Positions 57,490-64,000 of a stretch of 64,000 bases of DNA are shown here, one piece after another. The DNA lies in NCBI GenBank assembly GCA_964612995.1, contig CAZTGE010000002.1, positions 337 to 64,336 on the forward strand, given 5' to 3'. Source of the stretch: an uncultured candidatus Brocadiaceae bacterium (GTDB lineage: Bacteria > Planctomycetota > UBA11346). Position numbers and translations under genes: made by a program. The notes beneath the pieces were generated by a model. It saw only the letters and a program-made list of their open reading frames with translations. It did not search any database and was not told the DNA's origin. Within the stretch, counting starts at the first letter, position 1, and each line of letters starts with the position of its first letter.

Positions 57490-58632
57490 GTCCACCGCGT
57501 CGGTCGCCGGCGGCGCGAACAGGTCGGCAGAAGCCGGCTGGGGTTCGCCGTAGTCCCAGTCCCAGACGAAAAGCTGTTCGCGTTCGGCATCGTAGGCGGC
57601 CCAGCGGCCACGATCGACCCGTCCGGTACCGGGTCGCGCGAGGGCGTAGCCCCAGCGCGGGCCCGCGTGCGGCGCGAACCACACCGGCAGCTCGCCGCCC
57701 ACCGCCGTGGCCGGCAGGGCGAAAGCCCAGCGCTTGACCGGCGGGGGGGTATCGGGTGCGAGCGGCCGCATGGCGATCTCAGAGATGAGCTCGTAGGCGC
57801 GCGCGCTGTCGAGCCCGTGGATGCGCATGAAATAGCGGAAGCGCTGGGGCTCCTTCTTCCAGGGGAACAGCAGCGCGTCGATGCGGGTGACCCCCGGTGG
57901 GATCATCTCTTCCGGCAGGCCGAGGGTGCGGGGGTCGAGCCCCGGGGCGTCGTACCAGCCCTCGATATGGGGGTGCTGGTCCTGCCGCAGGGTGTTGGAG
58001 ATGTTGCTCGCGAGGTAGTCGACCACCAGTTCGCCACGGCTGAGCGGCGGCGGCTGGATGCCGCGCCGTTTGAACTGCCAGAGGTGGGCCCGGCCGGTGG
58101 CCGGATGGTAGTGCAGATAGGCGCCGAAGAGATAGCCACCCTCTATAGGGGTGACGTAGTAGGAGCCCACGCCGGCTGGATTCGGCGCCCACCAGTCCGG
58201 CACCCGCCAGGGAGAGTCGTCCGCGTCACGCTCCCAGGGAAACCAGTCCGGCGGCAGGTCGTCGACCGGGCGGCGCCGGCCCGGATTGGTGAAGAACCCC
58301 TTGGCGATGTGTTCGATCTCGTTGCCATCGATCAGGCAGTCCATGACCTGGAGTTTCTCGCCTCCGTGCCAGTAGACCCGCAGGCTGATGTCGTCCCAGG
58401 TCTGGGGTGCGTGGGCCTGACGGCGGAAGCCGGGCCGGTCCTTGCCGGCAGCGAATTCCTCGAACAGCTCCTGCGGCGAGACGTGACGCAGCTCGATGTC
58501 GGGCAGTTCGCCGGAGAACACCTCCTCGCTGCGGTTGCGCCCGACCATGCTCATCAGCTTGAAGGTGATCAGCACGCCGATCACCGCGGCGAAGGTGGCG
58601 AAGACGGTCTGGTGCGCGTTGCGGCGGGCCAT
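57364..58632 (-). CDS. Hypothetical N-terminally anchored protein (422 aa) with an acidic C-terminal tail.
   Basis: The ATG is at 58632. The TM segment is VFATFAAVIGVLITFKLM. No motifs were recognised. It overlaps the convergent TauE-like gene by about 126 nt. Confidence 0.4.
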   Translation of the reverse strand: MARRNAHQTVFATFAAVIGVLITFKLMSMVGRNRSEEVFSGELPDIELRHVSPQELFEEFAAGKDRPGFRRQAHAPQTWDDISLRVYWHGGEKLQVMDCLIDGNEIEHIAKGFFTNPGRRRPVDDLPPDWFPWERDADDSPWRVPDWWAPNPAGVGSYYVTPIEGGYLFGAYLHYHPATGRAHLWQFKRRGIQPPPLSRGELVVDYLASNISNTLRQDQHPHIEGWYDAPGLDPRTLGLPEEMIPPGVTRIDALLFPWKKEPQRFRYFMRIHGLDSARAYELISEIAMRPLAPDTPPPVKRWAFALPATAVGGELPVWFAPHAGPRWGYALARPGTGRVDRGRWAAYDAEREQLFVWDWDYGEPQPASADLFAPPATDAVDSDPGREQQLDRARAGEGEHGAEEPASRQPEEDEAPEQDPGE

Positions 58633-58640
58633 GGCGGCGA

Positions 58641-59762
58641 TCAGTCGAGGCCGATGCGCTCAGACGACCAGCCGTTGGCGATCGCCTGTTGGACGGCGTT
58701 CTCGGCCGCGAATCCGAGCTTGGTGGTGCGGAAGCTGTCGGTGGCGCTGTGCAGCGGGGGGCGGCCGTCGCGCATCCGCAGGCAGAATTCGATGATCATC
58801 CGCGGGGTATTGTGGTGCGAGGCGTTGGGATGCTGGTGGCCGAAGTGCTCACTGCGCAGGTAGCGGGTCTCGTGCTCGTCGTAGTCGAACTGGTTCAGGT
58901 GCAGCTGTTCGCGGTAGATTTCGGCCACCGCCGATCCGCCGGTGCCGGTGATCACGATATCGAGCCCGTGACCGGGCACGGCGTGGTAGTTTGGGGTATG
59001 CGGTGCCAGCGGGCGATACCAGGTCGGCGCGATGTTGTGGTAGAGGCTGAAGCTGCCGGTGCAGCCGTTGGCGAAGCGCAGCTGGAGGTTGACGTGGTCC
59101 GGGATCTGCTCGGGGTAGAAACCGATCGAACGCTGTGGCACGAAGGCCTGGAGCTCGGTGACCTCGCCGGCGTAGTAGCGCAGCAGGTCCAATTCGTGGA
59201 TCCCGCAGTGGATGATCGGTCCGCCACCGATCTCGGGATTGAGCCGCCAGACCCGCTCCACCGGGGTGTCGGGATCGTCGGGCCACCAATGGCCGCGGCT
59301 GTCGATGATGTCGATGCAGCGCGTCTCGCCGAAGAAGCCCTGTTCCTGCAGTTCCTTGAGTCGCGAGGTCATGGTGCCGTAACGGTATTCGAAGCCGATC
59401 TGCAGACACCGGCCGCTGGCCCGTTCCGCCGCGAGCATCGCCTCGCAGTCGGGCAGGTTCATGGCCATCGGCTTCTCGCAGAAGACGTGCAGGCCGGCCT
59501 CCAGCGCGGCGGTGGCGAAATCCCGATGCGTCGGGTTGGCCGTGGCGATGACCACCGCCTCTGGCCGACGCTGCGTGTTGGCGAGCAGATCAGCGAGGTC
59601 GGCGTAACCGGCGACGCCGGTATCGACCGCGACGCGTTCACGCCGCTCGACGCTGCGGTTGGTGAAGCCGACCACTTCGAGCCTCCAGTCGGCCAGCAGA
59701 CATTTGAGGTAGTTGTGGCCGGCCGGACCGCCGCCCATCACGCAGATCGGATATCGCTCCAT
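58641..59762 (-). CDS. Gfo/Idh/MocA-family NAD(P)-dependent oxidoreductase.
   Basis: The Rossmann motif is ICVMGGGPAGHNY. The EKPMA motif is present along with a C-terminal alpha/beta domain. Confidence 0.8.
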   Translation of the reverse strand: MERYPICVMGGGPAGHNYLKCLLADWRLEVVGFTNRSVERRERVAVDTGVAGYADLADLLANTQRRPEAVVIATANPTHRDFATAALEAGLHVFCEKPMAMNLPDCEAMLAAERASGRCLQIGFEYRYGTMTSRLKELQEQGFFGETRCIDIIDSRGHWWPDDPDTPVERVWRLNPEIGGGPIIHCGIHELDLLRYYAGEVTELQAFVPQRSIGFYPEQIPDHVNLQLRFANGCTGSFSLYHNIAPTWYRPLAPHTPNYHAVPGHGLDIVITGTGGSAVAEIYREQLHLNQFDYDEHETRYLRSEHFGHQHPNASHHNTPRMIIEFCLRMRDGRPPLHSATDSFRTTKLGFAAENAVQQAIANGWSSERIGLD

Positions 59763-59825
59763 GGGCCGGATGATAGGCCGGTGGGCGCGATGTACACCGA
59801 CAGCCGGTGCCGGCGTACGCGTGGC

Positions 59826-61109
59826 TCAGTACGGTGTGGCGGTGACGGTGCAGTCGAAGATGTGCCAGGCGTCGAGGTCTTTGCCGTCGCGGCGGCCACC
59901 GAGATCCGGGAAGCGTAGCAGGCGGCCGGCGTAGCCGAGGCCGCGGTCGCGGCCGGCAGGGGTGAGCAGGGTGCCGTTGCTGCCTTCGAAGGGACAGAGC
60001 TCCATGCGTTGGGGGCCGCGGCCGTTGAGGAACATGGTGCGCAGGAAGTTGCGGCCCATGGCGTCGGTGGCGCCGTGGAGGATCCGGTCGAGGACCGCGG
60101 CGGCCTCCGGTTGCAGTTCGGTCTGAGCCAGGGCGGTTGCGACCGCGTCGGTGCTCAGGTGGGGGATCTCGCCAGCGGTGAGCAGCTGTTGCCGGCGCCG
60201 CGGGTCGGCCCCGGCGAGTTTGACCTCCGCGCGCTCGGGGATCCAGACGCGCGGAGAATCGAGCAGGATGTGCTCGGCGAGGTTCTCGCTGATCCACTGC
60301 TGTCCGGGGCCGAGGTCGTAGGAGGTGGTCTCGCCGATCTCGGCCTCGTCGAGGTTGGTGAGTACCGGCTGGTTGGGATCGTAGAGCCACATGCGCTCGC
60401 GCAGCGCGCGGATCCGCTGGGTCAGACCGGTCTGTTGCTCGAGCAGGGCGTATTCCCTCAACGCGGTGCGGGCCGGGCCCTCCCCTCCGGTCAACAAAAC
60501 GATGAGCAGGACCAGCACCGCAGCGCCGGTGAGAGCGAGCAGCCAGACTTGGGTGGTCCGCGCTTCCTCCTCGCCGGTGCCGGTGAGCACGGCTGGGCCG
60601 ATCTCGCGGGTGCCGCTGCCGCTGCTGCGGCCCTGGTCCCGGCCCTTCTGGATCCGCCGGGTCTCGCGCCGGACGGTGTCCGATTTGAGCGCCTTGCTGG
60701 CGGCCGAGGTCAGCGTCGAGGCCATGGTCCGTCGGGCCTGCTCGTGCTTGCGCCGGATCTCCTCGCTGCGGTGAGTCGTGGTCTGGCGCGGCGAGGCCGG
60801 CGGGCGGGCCGGGGCTGTCGGTTGCTCGACCGCGGCCGCGGCCGCCGCCGCCGCGGCTGCCAGATCGTCCGCGCCGCGGGGCGGGGCGGGGCGTTCGGGC
60901 GCCTGCGGTTGCGGCGGTTGCTGTTGCGCCGGTGGTGGTTCTTGTGCCGCCGGCTGTTGCGGTGCGGCAGGGGCCACGGGGTCGGCGATGCCGTCCTCGC
61001 GCAGGCGGAAGGCGTGTTTGCAGGCGGTGCAGCGCACCGCCCGGCCGACCAACACCGGTTTGAAGGGGTATTCCGCTCCGCAATGCGGGCAGTCGAAAGT
61101 CGACGCCAT
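59826..61109 (-). CDS. Zinc-ribbon (MJ0042-type) protein with a Pro/Ala/Gln-rich linker, one TM helix and a periplasmic domain.
   Basis: The zinc-ribbon segment is MASTFDCPHCGAEYPF...RCTACKHAFRL. The TM segment is VWLLALTGAAVLVLLIVLL. Confidence 0.5.
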   Translation of the reverse strand: MASTFDCPHCGAEYPFKPVLVGRAVRCTACKHAFRLREDGIADPVAPAAPQQPAAQEPPPAQQQPPQPQAPERPAPPRGADDLAAAAAAAAAAVEQPTAPARPPASPRQTTTHRSEEIRRKHEQARRTMASTLTSAASKALKSDTVRRETRRIQKGRDQGRSSGSGTREIGPAVLTGTGEEEARTTQVWLLALTGAAVLVLLIVLLTGGEGPARTALREYALLEQQTGLTQRIRALRERMWLYDPNQPVLTNLDEAEIGETTSYDLGPGQQWISENLAEHILLDSPRVWIPERAEVKLAGADPRRRQQLLTAGEIPHLSTDAVATALAQTELQPEAAAVLDRILHGATDAMGRNFLRTMFLNGRGPQRMELCPFEGSNGTLLTPAGRDRGLGYAGRLLRFPDLGGRRDGKDLDAWHIFDCTVTATPY

Positions 61110-61173
61110 GCGGGCATGGTGCCCCGGACCGTCTCGGGGCGCAAGATGGATCCCCCGCCCTGGCGGGGCCCTG

Positions 61174-62028
61174 TCAGTCGGACCAGTCGCCGTCTGCGAG
61201 CATCCGCACCCGGGTGGCGTTCAGGAGTCGCGAACCGGCGTGCAGCGCGCGTACGGCCGGGCTGCTGTGGATGGCGATCGCCGCCGAAAGCTCCAATGGG
61301 GTGCCACCGCTGGCGGCGGCGCAGAGCTCGTCGGCTGGGAGCAGGCCGGTCTCGGCGTCGCGCCGGACGACCAGGAGCTCGACCGGCGGCAGGGCGAAGT
61401 CGGCCGCGGGGTCGGCCCACAGCGCCGCGGTCCGGGCGCGGTCTGCGTGCAGCAGCACAGTCGCCTCCGGCCAATGGAGTTCGGGATGACGCTCGCTCGC
61501 GGCGTGCCGTTCGCGGCGATAGCGCCACAGCGCCAGGCTGGCCGCCCGGTCGAGCCGGTGCAGATCGCTGCGGTCTGCTGTCTGGGCGTAGTGCAGCTGC
61601 TCCCAGGTGGCGAGCACGCCGGTGCGGTCGAGCGGACCGGGTCCGGGCTCGTCGTTGGCGCCGATGGTGTCTTCGGTGTTGAGTACCTGCAGGCCCGGCA
61701 GGCGGTCGAGCAGCCGTGCGACCAGCCCCAGGGCCTCCACGCAGTGCCAGTGCGGCGTGGCCAGGGGCAGGTGGAGTGCCAACGGAACCGCGCGCCAGCC
61801 GGGATAGGCCGTGGGCGGATTGATGGTGTCCTCTTCCAGCGGCGGGTTGCCGATGTCGCCGGTGCAGCGGGCGCGGCTGGCCGGATCGCACCAGGCGAAT
61901 GGCAGGTAGGCGCCCTGGCGACGGCCGAAGACCATGCCGACCTCAGCGCTGAGCGCGTCCTCCACCTGACTCGAGCTGGTCGGCGGCTCGACGGTCTCGG
62001 GTTCGTAGAACAACAGGTCGAGATTCAC
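61174..62028 (-). CDS. Hypothetical protein.
   Basis: The ORF 61174..62142 was trimmed to a GTG overlapping the NUDIX stop. The first ATG is at M69. No motifs were found. Confidence 0.3.
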   Translation of the reverse strand: MNLDLLFYEPETVEPPTSSSQVEDALSAEVGMVFGRRQGAYLPFAWCDPASRARCTGDIGNPPLEEDTINPPTAYPGWRAVPLALHLPLATPHWHCVEALGLVARLLDRLPGLQVLNTEDTIGANDEPGPGPLDRTGVLATWEQLHYAQTADRSDLHRLDRAASLALWRYRRERHAASERHPELHWPEATVLLHADRARTAALWADPAADFALPPVELLVVRRDAETGLLPADELCAAASGGTPLELSAAIAIHSSPAVRALHAGSRLLNATRVRMLADGDWSD

Positions 62029-62029
62029 A

Positions 62030-62461
62030 TCAGCTCCCGGGATACGCCTGGCGGTAGCGATCGAACAGTCGGACCATGCTGGCGAAGGGCAACAGTGACC
62101 GGACCTCGGCCGCCGTGGCCCAGCGGTGGTCGTCGTGTTCATGGCTCAGGCGTACGCGTTCCTGCCGCGTGACCGCGGGGAAGTAGTGCACCACCTTGTT
62201 GCCGTTGCGCCCGCCGCGTCGCACGATGTAGGACAGCTCGAGGGCCGGGCCCTCGACCGCCAACAGGGCGATGCCGGTCTCCTCGGCGCACTCGCGTAGT
62301 GCGGCCGTGGCGAGGGCCTCGTCGGGATCGAGGTGGCCCTTGGGAAAGCCCCAGTTGCCCCATTTGACGTCGTGGATCACCAGATAGCGCAGCCCATCGG
62401 GGGTGGCGCGGCGGAGGATGTACCCGGCAGCGATGCGCGGCAGGCCGGGGATGGCGGGCAT
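62030..62461 (-). CDS. NUDIX hydrolase.
   Basis: The Nudix box is GFPKGHLDPDEALATAALRECAEETG. Confidence 0.75.
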   Translation of the reverse strand: MPAIPGLPRIAAGYILRRATPDGLRYLVIHDVKWGNWGFPKGHLDPDEALATAALRECAEETGIALLAVEGPALELSYIVRRGGRNGNKVVHYFPAVTRQERVRLSHEHDDHRWATAAEVRSLLPFASMVRLFDRYRQAYPGS

Positions 62462-62462
62462 G

Positions 62463-62879
62463 TCAGTCGCCCTCCAGCAGTGCGGTGGCCATGGCCGGTG
62501 AGAGCTTGGTCATCAGCGTGCCCGGCAGGGTCACCGAGCTGGTCCAGGGCACGGCGTAGCTGACGTCCATCCGTCGGCGGTAGACCAGGTAGAGCACGCC
62601 GCTGGCGGCGACGGCGAGCTCGACCGATTCGAGCGCGTACATGGTGTCGATGTCGGCATCGGCGGTGAGTACCGCGAGCTGCAGCCGGGCCGGCCGGGCG
62701 GTGGTGGTGGCGATGTCGATGATCTCGGGCGTCGCCTGTGCGGCCGCGGTCAGGGCGCTGCGCAGCTCGCTTTCGAGCGTATCGCGCAGCGGAGGCGGAT
62801 AGGGGCGCTCGCGCCAGCGCTGGAGCACCTGCGCCAGCAGGGCCTGCAGGGGGTCACCCGGTTCCGCCGTCTCACTCAT
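62463..62879 (-). CDS. Hypothetical small protein (138 aa).
   Basis: The ATG encodes MSETAEPG and is taken from the C-terminal part of ORF 62463..63344. The stop abuts the NUDIX start. Confidence 0.3.
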   Translation of the reverse strand: MSETAEPGDPLQALLAQVLQRWRERPYPPPLRDTLESELRSALTAAAQATPEIIDIATTTARPARLQLAVLTADADIDTMYALESVELAVAASGVLYLVYRRRMDVSYAVPWTSSVTLPGTLMTKLSPAMATALLEGD

Positions 62880-62972
62880 GCTGCGATTCTGCTCCGCGCT
62901 GCGCCAGCACAACCCTGTCCGGGAAGCGCGCTGCGGGTTTGACCGGCCGGGCACGGGCTCGAGACTGCCGGG

Positions 62973-63365
62973 ATGGGATCGCGAGCTTCGGTGCGTCTGG
63001 AGAGCCACGGTATCTATGCGACCTGGACCGGCGATCGTCGGCGGGTGCCGCAGATTCTCGAATTCACCGAGGTCGTGCCCGCTCGCGTGGGCATCGAGTT
63101 CGGCTGCGTGGTCCGCTTGCGCGGCTACAAGGGCAAGGTGCTCGACTGGCGCATCGCCCATCCACCCTTTCGTGACAGTGACGGTCGCCGCACACCGGAT
63201 TTCACCGGCGAGGAGCACGTGCGCACCAACGACTACGCCTTCTACCTTGGCGATGCGGTCTGGGAGCCCTGCGACGACAAGCTCGGCGGCTGGACCATGT
63301 CGGTCGACTGTCAGGGCGAACGGCTCGCTACGGTGACCTTCCACGTGGTGCCGGACACCGCCTGA
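62973..63365 (+). CDS. Hypothetical small beta-rich protein (130 aa).
   Basis: The ATG is at 62973. The composition is balanced (W/Y/F/K/D), in contrast to the overlapping minus-frame ORF. Confidence 0.4.
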   Translation: MGSRASVRLESHGIYATWTGDRRRVPQILEFTEVVPARVGIEFGCVVRLRGYKGKVLDWRIAHPPFRDSDGRRTPDFTGEEHVRTNDYAFYLGDAVWEPCDDKLGGWTMSVDCQGERLATVTFHVVPDTA

Positions 63366-63387
63366 CGCGGGCTGCGGCCGGCAGTGC

Positions 63388-63756
63388 TCAGCCCTGCGCG
63401 ACCCAGGCCTCGGCCTTGCTCCGGTCGAGGAAGGCCTTGAGTCGCAGCGGCGAGGTGGTCCAGAGCATCTCGTACATCTTGGCCATGCCGAAGATCATGG
63501 TGGTCGGGCAGAGGATGGCGCAGCGTGGGTGGCCGATGATCTTGGCCTCGGCCGCCTGGAACTGCGGCAGGGCGGCGCGGTAGTCGGCGCTGAGTTTGAT
63601 TTCATTGCTGTGCGACAGGTCCCAGAACTCGTTCTGCCCCCGATAGGCCGGATCGTCGTAGATCGCGTTCATGGTCGCGATGACCTCCGGGAACAGGATG
63701 CGCGCGGGGGCGTGAATGGTGACACGATCGTCAGCGGGGTCGAAGCTGTAGTCCAC
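63388..63756 (-). CDS. Hypothetical protein (122 aa).
   Basis: A GTG start encoding VDYSFDP is preceded by GAGGAGGA. It overlaps the PadR stop. Confidence 0.4.
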   Translation of the reverse strand: MDYSFDPADDRVTIHAPARILFPEVIATMNAIYDDPAYRGQNEFWDLSHSNEIKLSADYRAALPQFQAAEAKIIGHPRCAILCPTTMIFGMAKMYEMLWTTSPLRLKAFLDRSKAEAWVAQG

Positions 63757-64000
63757 GGTGGTCCTCCTCGGTATCAGCGCGGGGGTCCGGGGCGGCATCG
63801 AGCGTGGCGGCGAGTGCGCTCCGGACCTGCGCCAGCTGCGTAGCGTAGCGTTCCAGCGTGGCGGACCACACCTGAAGGCAATGCCGGCCCCGATCGGTCA
63901 GCGCGTAGCGATGACGCGCCGGCCCCGCCTCGCCGCTCTGCCAGCGCGAGCGTGCCAGCCCGTCACTTGCCAGGCGTCGCAGCAGACGGTAGACGCCGGC
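63731..64000 (-). CDS. PadR-family transcriptional regulator. The 5' end lies beyond the window end.
   Basis: Reverse-strand translation gives YRLLRRLASDGLARSRWQSGEAGPARHRYALTDRGRHCLQVW, which matches the PadR wHTH signature. Confidence 0.55.
   Translation of the reverse strand, partial: AGVYRLLRRLASDGLARSRWQSGEAGPARHRYALTDRGRHCLQVWSATLERYATQLAQVRSALAATLDAAPDPRADTEEDHRGLQLRPR

Noticed and set aside
62463-63344. A 293-aa minus-strand ORF.
   Set aside because: Its N-terminal two-thirds is Ala/Gly/Arg-rich and overlaps the better-looking plus-strand ORF 62973..63365. Only the C-terminal 138 codons (62463..62879) were kept.

Overview
This 64-kb window comes from a very GC-rich (about 70%) bacterial chromosome. 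I found no rRNA, tRNA, CRISPR array, transposase or integrase. Many long six-frame ORFs are GC-driven antisense artefacts, and I trimmed or rejected those. Where the ORF track starts were GTG or TTG rendered as M, I moved each start to the first plausible ATG or GTG with a Shine-Dalgarno-like motif.

The housekeeping backbone is clear from motifs. It includes rbfA, infB and nusA in a minus-strand block, ftsK, an orphan rpmA, hisS, aspartokinase, an aroD-aroE fusion, thiE, tsaD, xseA and a Swi2/Snf2 helicase. Between these sit many signalling and envelope genes. There are three Hanks-type Ser/Thr kinases: one with a C-terminal FHA domain, one fused to a FapA/DUF342-like beta-helix, and one with an inserted N-lobe and an extracellular domain. 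There is also a soluble hybrid histidine kinase, two paralogous clan GH-A (TIM-barrel) hydrolases, and two paralogous small outer-membrane beta-barrels flanking a clostripain-like (peptidase C11) lipoprotein with a poly-Gly linker. Other envelope genes are tandem HtrA-like proteases, a sulfite exporter TauE/SafE-family (TauE-like) exporter, a Gfo/Idh/MocA oxidoreductase, a NUDIX hydrolase and a partial PadR regulator.

The most distinctive locus is a tightly packed plus-strand six-gene operon at 39.4-46.4 kb: ExbB/TolQ, ExbD, ExbD, two tandem 430-aa bitopic paralogs, and a secreted 806-aa HEAT-repeat protein. The paralogs carry a C-terminal jelly-roll (GH2-N/PA14-like) domain rather than a TonB or TolA partner, and no TonB-dependent receptor, TolB or Pal is nearby. 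I interpret this as a candidate undescribed proton-motive-force-driven envelope machine. The two paralogs share a 314-nt tract that is 100% identical inside otherwise 85-90% identical genes, which points to gene conversion.

Other non-coding signals are a conserved element of about 115 nt present twice (upstream of the cold-shock gene and of the kinase-FHA gene) with a compensatory base-pair change, which makes it a candidate cis-regulatory RNA. There is a 26-bp perfect AT-richer palindrome, a 19-bp perfect hairpin, a cluster of GAA-triloop hairpins and a (CCCCTG)n microsatellite.

I cannot assign a phylum from sequence alone. The kinase-rich, HEAT-repeat and zinc-ribbon membrane protein content is reminiscent of Myxococcota- or Planctomycetota-like lineages. 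All coordinates are accurate to within a few nucleotides.
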